Source: Syncephalis fuscata S228
Taxonomy: Eukaryota > Fungi > Zoopagomycota
Assembly: GCA_025786725.1 (NCBI GenBank)
Contig: JAHLTZ010000022.1
Location: 62,001-126,000, forward strand
DNA: 64,000 nt
Reading direction: 5' to 3'
A program made the position numbers and the translations under genes. The notes beneath the pieces are model-generated. The model did no database searches. It saw only the letters and a program-made list of their open reading frames with translations, and was not told the origin of the DNA. Numbering within the stretch: the first letter of the stretch is position 1; each line of letters opens with the position of its first letter. Below, piece after piece: positions 53,494 to 64,000 of the stretch.

Positions 53494-55361
53494 TTATATC
53501 AATGGAAATGTTGGTGATGCTGTAGCAGATGATTGCAATTGTTGCATTGCTTCAATCATTTGCTGTTGCGTTACAACACAAGCATCTTGTTGCACAAAAG
53601 AAGAAGCAATTTGGCGCAACAATAAAGATGTGTCGTCATTTTGTTGATCATTGTAATTCACCGGGGATGTCGTCGCAGGTGGTGGTGACGTACTTGGCGT
53701 TGATAGATTCGTCATAATCGGAAATGGATAAGCACCTAGAGGTGAACTTGGTGTGGCAGGACACTGGGCAGCAAACTCAGCCGGGTAATTCATCGGTGTA
53801 GTCGAGACAGATGCCGATGTCGTTAATGGCGCCGATAGTTGTTGGTGTGGTGGTGGTGCTAGATTGGGCGTTACCACCGTCGATGATGCAGCAGATGACG
53901 ATGAATTTATTTGATGTTGATTCATCAAATGTTGTAGCAATAGCGTAACACCGGTCGAGTTAAACATACGCGGTGATGGCAAAGGTGTTGCCACCGGTGT
54001 TATTGCCGATGGCGTCATAGCAGCCATAGGTGTCATAGGCGAGTCAGGCCAAGTCAACTGGTTATGAGCGGCCAATAACTCAGTGTGAGCGGCCAACATA
54101 TTTATATGATGCATTGTATGGGCCGGCCATGGAGAAGGCGACACCAATAAATGCTGAGCATGTGAATACTGTGGCTTTGGATGATGTATCATAGGTGGCG
54201 ATACTAATGTTTGTTTAGGCATGTAATTGACAAAATTATCATTCAATGCCGATGACGGTCTAGGTGTGATGGGGGCCGAAGGAAGTGAAAATGATTCGGT
54301 GCGGCTCTTGTTTTACCGTCACCGCAGACGAGTCGACTCGATCCTTCGATTCGGTAAGGATTGAAGGGAAGACAGATGTGGCACTCACCATTGACATGGG
54401 TGAAGATACGACAGATGAAGAAGGTGGTGAAGACGATGAAACAATGCCTCGTTGTGTCGGGCGGCGATGCAACATGCGATGATCTATAGTGACTACGGCA
54501 TAGCTATGATCTGTAGCAATAGCCACTTTAACTAGACCACCACAATTGTAGCAATCTAGAAAGCGCCAGGCCGGTAATGGAGGCTGTTGTTGTTGTTGTT
54601 GCTGCTGTCCGTGTTGTTTAGTCATTCCAGTTGACGTGTAACCCATGCCATGACAGGTGGTACGACGTTTGGCTGGATCAGTACGTAATGAGCAACGATA
54701 ATGAAAAGTTTGTGCAATGGTGTTATCGGCATTAACGTAAGATGCACCAGGCTGCCACGCATAGCCATCACCTTCACCGACACGGTGAACAACAGCATCG
54801 GCAATAACGCGCGGAGTAGCGCGGCGTAAAGTTGTTTCCTTTAAAAGGGATACTTTAAACAGCATATGGAAGGCTTCTTGCTCCGACGGCGTAGCCTGAT
54901 GGTCTTCACGATAATTGCGCTTTGACTTTTGGTGGTGGTGGTTGCTCAAAAGGCGAGGTGGCACGACGTGTATCAATAATGGAGGCCCGTACGTACCCAG
55001 CAACACCATCCAGCGTAACTGGAACGCTTTCACGTGCTACAGAACGCTCTGCCTTCTGTTGGGCAAATCGAAGACGGTTGCGTTCGCGACAGCCGCCACA
55101 CGACTTGCGTATCATTGTGCCTTTCATAAAATGGTCAACTGGTAGCACTTTCATGCAGCGGTTACAGTAACGGACTGCACCGGTACTACTGCTGCTAGTA
55201 CTACTACTATTACTATTACTACTACCATTGTTATGCACTGTTGTCGTAGACAAAGCAGTGGAAGGAGAAGAAGACGAGGACAACGACGACGAAGGGGAGG
55301 AAGACGACATTGGTATCATTATGCTTGGATGGGGCGTAGAAATCGTAGGGGCGTTAACCAT
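53494..55361 (-). CDS. Putative transcription factor: CxxC..CxxC finger + WRKY/GCM1/FAR1-like Zn domain + S/P/Q-rich tail (split by apparent indels)
   Basis: Three consecutive minus-strand ORFs (54906-55373, 54260-55033, 53494-54246): YCNRC..SCGGCRERNR; FHYRCS..YNCGGLVKVAI..VVTIDHRMLH; low-complexity activation-like tail. Confidence 0.6.
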
Positions 55362-58300
55362 TGTAAATATCAATTCAATTTAATTCAATCAAAATAATGG
55401 CCTTTTAAAAGATTGGTAATAAGAAAAAAGGTTAAAAGTAAGACAGAGACTTCGACCTGATGTGCGTCAACTAAAGAAAACTAGTTGGTCGATAAGCGTA
55501 AATTCGTTAATAGTCGTGGATAAAGAGAAGCTACGAAAATAAAGGCATCAATAAACGAGAAGAGGTAAGAGGTAAAAGCGGAGGAAGAAAAGGGCAATAT
55601 CGCAGTGACCACGATATAAAGGCGTTAACAAAAAATAGAAAACTAAAAGTAAGCCGTAAAAGAGAAAGAAGGAGGAGATGAAAAAAAGGCAAAGACAGAC
55701 GATAAACGACGCACAGTCCACTAATTGTGCATTGGAGGGCGATCGAACAGGGCAGCCGTGCTTTTATGTGCTTTCGCTGTCTCACCCCGTCTAGTGCCTC
55801 GCTATTTCTATCTGTCATCTCTATCTATCTATCTCTCTCTCCCTCTCATCTTTCTATTTCTATTTCTATTTCTATCTATGTTAATGGAGAAGCAAGTTGA
55901 ATGGGGAAATAGCCGAGTTAAGCCTTTGGTTCAGTGGGTGCCAATCCAGCTATTCATCCTAAAGAATGTGTATTATTATTTCTGTAACCATAAAGATACA
56001 GTGCCCGTTATATCAATGTGTTATCTACTATCTGTGTATCCATTTGTTTATTCGTCTATTCGTGTACACTTCTACCTTGAACATTACTCATGGCATAATG
56101 AATGTAGCTGGAAGGATCAACTCAAAGCAGTCGCCTAAATCGTCGTTTGTTCACTTTTACCGACTTTTTACGCTTTCTGATTGCGCGTATCGTTACAGCT
56201 GTTTGTGTGCGTACAGTACTTGACCATCGGGAATCTCATTGGTTCACATGAGGTGCTAAGGCATCGGCTAACGAAAGCCATGCATTCTTGTCGGTCAATA
56301 GCTTTCTTTTGCTGGCTTGCACGCTAGCGAAGCCCGCCACAAGTTACGTGCGTCTCCTTTTGTGTACTACCACACGCGCGAGCCTTTTTGGTGGCCATCA
56401 GTCCTTCCCCTCATCCATACACTACACTAAATTATCCATTAGACTCGTGTTGCTATCATTTGCGGTAATCTAAAGATGGCATCACGTGTTAACGCCATCC
56501 ACTGATGCGGATGATTGAGTAATGATGCCGATGTAGAGAAATGGTATCAATCAGTCATTGTAAATTAACCAGCAAGTAAATAAACGGTGGTATAGACGAG
56601 CAAATAATAAAGATTACGCAATGGGTGGCCCTAACTGCTTTTTTGCATGTTTCGGAGTTGACCATGCCGCGAAACTTTGTTCTATCATTATTGGCGCTCC
56701 TTATTGTTCCGTTTACCGGTTCATTTTAATGCTACACCTCTATGGCATGCCAATTCTTGATACGGTGTCTCTTATTACTCATTTGCATTCTTTATTGCAA
56801 TGTATACGTGGGTGGGGTATGTGTGTTTGTGTTTGTGTGCCCATACGGACCGGCAGAAGCGGGCTGCACTGTGACGACTCACTGCCGTGAACAGAAGCAA
56901 AAACTACAGTCTTGGTTATGGCACGCACGACCATTTACATTGTGAAAAAACTCTTTGTTTCTTGATCATTGCACAATGTCAGTCAGTCGATAGATTGTAC
57001 TGGATAGCATAGGAATAGCATACTAGTTATTGCCGTTGGTACGACTATGCTGATTGCTGTTGATAACGAGCATAGCAACTAAATGTTAAACATGCTTTAT
57101 TATCGCTATAACTATTAACTATAAAGATCAGCGTACTAATTGTTATCATTATTAGCATTATTTTGATCGGATCAGTGATATCATTTAACAATTTATTTAA
57201 TATAAATTTCAATAGATAATAAAGAATTGTTTGTAATTAATTTGTTTTCATTTTATTTTTTTTGCAACAATGTAGAGCAAGTGGAACATGAAAAGACATA
57301 GTTTTGCTGAAAAGACACTATTTCATTATTGTTTTGAAACGTCTTTGTCCTTGGCCTATGTTAAGTGCCTAGGGGCTGCAACATTACAAAGTTGTAAAAG
57401 ATAAAAATTATACGCTTTTATGGAAATTAATCCGTTGCCATAATTAGTGTTGCAGAAATGCAATAGTAGATGTATATACGCAAGGCCTTTTAGCCAACAA
57501 GTAGCGTTACCGACGTACAGAACTATGTATGTATATTAATTGCTTGTTTGTTCATTTCTTGTATAGCAATAGCTATTTTGGGTATATTGGTAACATTTAG
57601 TCGACAAGGCACTAGCGGCCTATGTTCTAGGCAGTATCCTTGAAGCAGCGGTACGGGCACGGAAGAATACATTAAACTTGACAGAATATACTAACAACGG
57701 TATAGAATCTGGTCTTGTTCTGGCACTGGGTCTTTGTATTATGTGTATAGTGATGTATTATAGTTACGCCATGTTATATATTTAAGTAGTTATATAAAGA
57801 AATATGATATGGGTTTATTTTATATGTAATTATATGATGTTAATATGATGATAATGATACTAATAATGATGCTTGTACTGTACTTTGAATCGCACATTTG
57901 TTCCCGAAGCACAATTCGTTCTAATTAGAGTCATGCTGTTATTATACACATTACAGTTATATTACTTCCTATTAAAATATTGTTAATAAATTAATTTAAA
58001 TACATAATGTAACATACTATTTGATTTCTTTGAAATATTTAAGACTGATCATTGTTGTTGGCCATGTGTAGAAAGATTGATCGAATATTAATAGAAGCCA
58101 TATGATCGCAATTCCATATCGTTTCTCATTACTTCTGTTGCCTGTTTGTCATACTGCACATCAAACTGTTATATGATTTATTTCTTTTGTATCTTGTTTC
58201 TGTTTACTTGAACCACATTTGCATATTATAATAATTATATTTAATAATCGCAATTATTTTATTATTTTATACTTGTAGACCATTTCAACAAAGATATTTA

Positions 58301-59380
58301 ACAATTCAGTGTAAAAAGCCTTTTATTTTATTAAATGTTACTTCAACTTCAACTAATACCATAATGTGCATATTTAATTACATTATTGTATTGATAATTA
58401 CACATGAATTGATTAGTGTTGGATGCAATATTATACATGGAATAATGATGAGTGAATGTTTAATTGTATTTAAAAGTGTTAAGAAGGTGAAATGGATAAA
58501 TAAAAATGTGGGAGTCAAAGTACAGTAGCTCCACCACTTTAATCGTAAACACATTCAAGTAAAGCGACTCGTGTTACCATCTTATCATATTCTCTTTTTT
58601 TTGGTCAAATTCCAACGAAGCATGACGTACAACAACCCAATCAAGCAAAGATGAGCAGCCGAGCCTTTAGCTTAAATTGGAAACGATATGCCGAAAGAAC
58701 ATTGAGGTCCTCCTGTCGGCAAATCACCTATTTTATTAAATTATCACATGGATATTAAGCGCTGATATGGTCAAAAGTGCCGCGGTATAGCTTAATTTGG
58801 TAACACGCAATGATTAATGGGGGGATGAATGGTAAATAGATTGTCCAAACACCAAATAGCAATCATGGTAATAAAAATATACTTTAGTTTGTCATTGTAT
58901 ATTAAACTTGACTAAAGTTTTGATACAAAAATACATGGCACATGAAGCGATTGAAATGCGTGTTGTTGTTATTATTGTTGTAGTTAATTGTCGATGGTAG
59001 TGGTGATTTTTATGGATAAAAAGCTCAGGATAATCTATTTCAAGGCGACTTGTAAATAAATTGCGTTGATGTGCATTAGCCATTTTGTGGCTATAATTCT
59101 AATTAGGATAATCGCTGATGTTGCCATGAATCAAAACAACAATAGTTTTTTAAAAAAAGGAAATAATGGCAAGTAACTCCACCCGATGACAACGTGCAAG
59201 TGTTGCTGAATAGCAAAAAAAAAGAAAATAAGAAAAACGACGTAATTTTCAACGATGAAGATAAATGTACGAGTGTTTTGCCATTTAAAAATACTGCTGT
59301 AATAAGACCAAACTGAATATGTGAATATAATAAATTAATTGAAATAATTAAATTCTTTATTCTTTTTGTATAAATGACTA

Positions 59381-59906
59381 TTATAGAATATTAAGTCTAA
59401 AGTACTGACTTTCATTATTGTTACATACTGCAAGTTTAAGATGTAAATCATTTTTTTCCAAGCATAGTTGGGGATTTTTAGGACCAGTATTGAACATTAC
59501 CGGTACTATCCTGTAACGGCCAGTAGATGTAGCTTTGTTTTCAGCTTCAAACGTCCATTTTGATTGTCATATTTTGCCATGCAGCCCTGCATAGTCACAT
59601 TTGGTGACATATTTACAAGACACATGTTCATCTTTGTAGATCTAATTGTATAGATTTTTGTTTTTTCAAAAATTTCTACTCGCACCCAGTAAGTATCTTC
59701 CTTGGAAATATTCGCATCTAATGAGGTAAAATACGGCGTTTGTTTGCTATTTTCAAATCTTGCACCAAGATAAACGTCTTTAGATCCATCTGCAGGCTTT
59801 TGGCCAGGTAAAATTTGCAAATCATCACGAGTTATACCTGCTAGAGCACCATCAATACTGAAAGTAGACAATAGAACGGCGGCAACAAAGTCGGTAAAAG
59901 TTGCAT
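59381..59906 (-). CDS. Secreted ricin-B/beta-trefoil-like small protein, copy 1 (frameshifted as assembled)
   Basis: Signal-like ..FVAAVLLSTFSIDGALA; YTIRS..NMCL..MQGC...NQ/WTF; RYRI..QLCLE..LKLAVCNNNESQYF (QxW/F repeats). Confidence 0.55.
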
Positions 59907-61582
59907 GGTTTTTAATAATGACGAGCCACTTGTTTGGGTGCACGATATCCCACTAAATATTTAGTGGTAGTAGATATGTAGTTAAGAAGATGAGTAATTT
60001 AGTGATTAATGTTGCAAATAAGCATTGAATTGTGATTGTTTATATATTAAGTTTTTGGATTAATTGGACGCCATTCATCTGGCAATGCTGTAAATCACGC
60101 GGTAAATCAACTAAACATTACGCCGAACCAATCTAGGCCATATCAAAATCAGAAATTGCCTTGTATTAATTATGGCAATCCGTCTTCCGGTTTACGACCA
60201 ATAAACATTAGGCTATTTTTATGTTGAATTCTAGCAATTAAGTAAAAGCGGCCATAAAATAATTATACCACAGATCAAGGCCTAAACCAAGCTAGGCAAT
60301 GTATCCAATAAAATAAACCAGACAAAATACTTGTTTTTTACTGCCATTATTTTTGCGTAGATTAATCCGTAGATCAGGTATTTTGTGCAGCCTCATAGCA
60401 TTTACAAACATTTATCAATATACAGTCTATTAATATATCCATTGCTATGAATGTCTAATTGTTAAAAATAACTGAGTTGATTTTGTTTTCACGCAGCAGA
60501 GTAATAAAAACAGATATACCGCCGTATAACTCATCTAGTATTGGCTAAAGACAATTTTTTATTTCTAAATACTGTATCGTATATAATAGTTTTCACAGTG
60601 CCAGGTTTGATGTAACTTCAAAAACTTGATTTACCAAATGACCATTTAATTAATAATGCATTGGTTAAAAACTTAAATTAGCTACCCGATTCAACATCCT
60701 ACTTGTTCTTGTTGACAATTGTGCTGAATCAAGGCGATGTTCTTCTAATCGGCATTGCTTTGAATTGCTTAATTAATTTCAGGTTTTTGAACGGTACAAT
60801 ATTAAATAATAAATCATACGGTAAATTGAATTTTTTATGCTAGTAAAGCTAATACTTTAGAGCTTACCAAATGCAATACTTGAAATAAAAAAGGCTTTTT
60901 ATTTATTTAATATTGCACAAATTGTACAGCTGTACAGCTGTTTTTATTACATTGTTGCGTAAAAATTTTAGTTATTTGTAATAATTAGGTAGCCATAATA
61001 ATATATATGGAAATGGTTGTATACTAGTAAATGTCTATAAATGTTATGAGGCTGTGGAGAATACCTGTAGAACAGAGTAGCCTAAAATAAAACAGTAACA
61101 GTAAGAAAATACCGCCTTTGCTGTATACTATCATAAAAAATAAGTATTGTGCTTAGTGAGATTTTATTGGACACCACGCCTAGATTGACTTAGGCCTTGT
61201 ATTCCAAACAGTTGCCCTATGGTTGTTTTTACTTGTTTGCCAGAAACCGGTATAAGCAGTATGTTGATTCTATTATATAAATTAAATAAAGACTAATATA
61301 GTTGATGCAATAATAATTTCTGCCTGCGATATGGTCTAGAATCAGTTCGTAGTATTTATCTAATTTACTGTAGTGGCCCACAACGTTATTGAACGGGTTT
61401 TATTCAGTTAATGCGAATAGCGTCAGATATGGATGTTTGAAACTCATTATGTAGACCATTCCAATTTAATGCTAATTTTAATTACTATTACTACTCGCTT
61501 ATCCAGTTTTATATCTACTATCCATAATCTTTTCAGTGAGATATTGTCATCTAATGTAAATTACTTGTCACTGTTATAAATT

Positions 61583-62109
61583 ATGCAGCTTTTATCAAGT
61601 TTCAGCGTCGTCGTACTATTGTCTGTTTGGATTATTAATGGTGTTTTAGCAGATATAACCCTTGATGGCTTGCAAATCCTGTCTGATCAAAAATCCTGCA
61701 GATGGACTCACTTCTAAAGAAACATATTTTGGTGTAAAAGATGAGAACAACAAACAAACGCCGTATTTTACCTCATTAAATGCAAATATTAAAAAACATT
61801 TGCTGGGTAAGAGCAGATATTTTGAAAAGATAAACGTTTATACGATTAGATCTGAAAATATTGACATATGTATTTCACGTATGGTAACTGGTCTAGATGT
61901 GTCCATTTGCAGCCCAACTACAGACGGTCGAAAATGAGAGTTTTATAGGGAAGATAACGCTAAATTTAACGACCGTTATAAAATAATACCATTAACTTTT
62001 AATGCTAATCCCAAAAAATCCTCAATGTTTGGAACAAGATAATTTGCATGCTAAACTATCTAAATGTAGCAATAGTGAAAATCAATATTTTGCAATCAAA
62101 AAACAATAA
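61583..62109 (+). pseudogene. Secreted ricin-B-like small protein, copy 2 (multiple frameshifts)
   Basis: MQLLSSFSVVVLLSVWIINGVLADIT; shares KQTPYFTSL and YTIRS with copy 1, and has QCLEQDNLHAKLSKCSNSENQYF. Confidence 0.55.
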
Positions 62110-62337
62110 TGATTATTTTATATATGAAAAATAATCGTGTGTGTATTCATTTTGAGCACATATTATTCGCGTATTACGGATATAGAAGTGGCGTATACTT
62201 TTTAGGCCTTTAATCAATTAAATTGAAATTTTAATTTATAAAATATAGTATCGAATGCCTACTCTTGCAAGCACTAGACAAATTTTAGAATCATTGGTTT
62301 AATCAGCAACTACATAAATATAAACACACCTAAGAAG

Positions 62338-62642
62338 GGGGAGGCGTGGTGGCCTAAACGGTCAACGCGTCTTCCCTAAAGTAGGAAAATGTTGGTTCGC
62401 CTAGTTCGAATCTTGTTTTCAGGAAATGCGTGATGGGATCCTTCCGTAGAAGAAATGGTCGATATTCCAACATGTGAGGAGAGCCACCAACGGTTTTCAG
62501 TTGTAGATGGCAGGTTCCGCGTTGCGCGCGGATAGGTTTGAAAATGAACCGTCTATTCTCCTAGGGGTGGCAGACAAATGCTGCAAATGCGCGGTTAGGT
62601 CCTACGGACCGTTGTCTCACTTAAGCTAATAAATCCAAATCC
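62338..62642 (+). mobile_element. tRNA-derived SINE-like element with a 22-bp TSD
   Basis: GC-rich island starting GGGGAGGCGTGGTGGCCTAAACGG (A box) with GTTCGAATC (B box); tail AAATCCAAATCC; TSD AAATATAAACACAC(C/T)TAAGAAG at 62316-62337 and 62643-62664. Confidence 0.8.
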
Positions 62643-62824
62643 AAATATAAACACACTTAAGAAGCTCAAGACGCGTTTACAAATATTTGTTCGTACAAGC
62701 AATTAGCATTATAAAATATTGTGGCAATAAAGTATGATTCAGCTATCAAAGCTTATCAAGTTAATTTTATAAACGTAACTGCACTATTATATAGACACTT
62801 TTGCAGTTTTATTCAATGCTATGT

Positions 62825-64000
62825 ACAATGCTTTCTGTTTTCTGTGCATTATCTCGGTTTAATGTTGCTACTGTTTTGGCCGCATTAGCAACAGCCAACT
62901 TCTTGATAAATGCAGCCTAGCTTAGCATAGTTATAATGATAGCAAATCATTAAACCAGTAAGCCTTTAAACTGCCAACTATTTTTCCATTGGTTTCTGCT
63001 TTGGCTTGTTTTCTATATTCTATCTTGCTTAACTTGTCAGAATTGGTTTCAGAAATGTAAACAGCGCTTAGGCCTTAGATGATTATCGGCTGATGTACAA
63101 TCCACAGCCACTATGCACTTGAAATTGCTGATATTTGGCTAGAGTTTTCTGTTGTATCTATTTTAGTGTCTTCATATTGTATTGCGCGTAATTTATCCGA
63201 TGCAATCTAGTTTACAGCTGAAGATTGATGACGAAAATGACATGTTGGAATGTTCCATTGCTCAAAATGTTGTGATACATTATGCTACAAACAGTACTTA
63301 TTGTATAGTCGATTTCAGGTGATTTGGATTAGCCGCCATTTGAATGATGGTAGTTGCACAACATGTAGCATCATATGTCTGAATGTGATGTATTTGTGAA
63401 TTCAAAGCAATTACTACCCCATAGCAATAGGCATAGTGTCGAATGAAATGCATACATGTACCAATCAATACACTTTATAATTTAAAGAATTATAAGTGGC
63501 TTATGTATGGCAGTAAAAACCTGTATAAAATACCATTTTGATACAATAAACTTGTTTTTTGCGTCAATATTGTGTGCTATTTTGTATGCATGCGGATATT
63601 GAGAACCGACTCGGTAGAAATGGCAGCAAATACGTCATTGTCGTTTTACAAAGCCAAACAATATACTTGTTTTTATCAAATAGTTAAATCGTGTAACAAA
63701 AAATACAGGCTAGTATGTCTATTTTTATCGCATATGTACTGGGTTATGAACATTGTTACATCGTTCGTGCGAATAACTGACAGATTGAAGTAAAGACCGG
63801 GCAGGTTATGTGCTATTTTGTATGCATGCAGATATTGAGGACTGAATCGGTAGAAATGGCAGCAAAGACATCATTATCGTTTTACAAAGCCAAATAATAT
63901 ACTTGTTTTTTTACCAAATAGTTAGACCATGTAACAAAAAACAGGCTAATATGTCTATTTTTATCGCATATGTACTGGATTATGGACATTGTTACATCAT
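62825..64000 (+). repeat. Third copy of the micro-exon-gene upstream region (runs off the window end)
   Basis: Homologous to 16055-17065 and to revcomp of 34420-35385. Contains a ~237-bp tandem duplication (63573-63809, 63810 to >64000). Confidence 0.9.

Noticed and set aside
58500-58830. Moderately GC-rich island with a GTGTTACCA/TGGTAACAC pairing, possibly an ncRNA or SINE relic
   Set aside because: I recognised no RNase P/MRP, snRNA or Pol III box motifs and no TSD; it needs an Rfam/BLAST search.
62340-62425. Functional tRNA gene
   Set aside because: A and B boxes are present, but I could not build a convincing cloverleaf. The sequence continues for ~220 bp to a repeat tail and is flanked by a TSD, so it is better read as a SINE head.

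Overview
AT-rich, intron-dense eukaryotic DNA with short (~50-80 nt) GT-AG introns. It looks like an early-diverging fungus; Zoopagomycota such as Syncephalis is my inference only. About 17 housekeeping genes are present (BRF1, ATRIP-like, alpha/beta hydrolase, MnmA/SLM3, AAA+ ATPase, HMT1, SLP phosphatase, AKR, AMPK-beta, YAE1, CK2-beta, heme lyase, NOP2/Sun, Vps68-like, SHP1, IBA57, IFA38), several with single-base frameshifts that look like assembly errors. The main discovery is invisible to the ORF track. Two apparent ~81-bp tandem-repeat arrays (17464-18315 on +, 30172-34004 on -) are chains of repeated introns separated by 3-nt exons (TAG-NNN-GTAAG). Each array follows a signal-peptide exon. 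Splicing gives stop-free, Cys-rich secreted peptides: ...NPVPVYH-ELCDPRNPCKP* from 10 micro-exons, and ...KPALVRR-VDHEKCFACMGPCQASKDPSIWSTCRYGKCKSVCS* from 31 micro-exons. The two genes lie in an inverted segmental duplication, and a third, mosaic copy of the upstream region runs off the right edge. Also present: a 5'-truncated LINE inside one micro-exon intron, a tRNA-type SINE, a decayed Fanzor/TnpB relic, an oligopeptidase B pseudogene, a secreted kinase-like gene and an inverted pair of secreted ricin-B-like genes.
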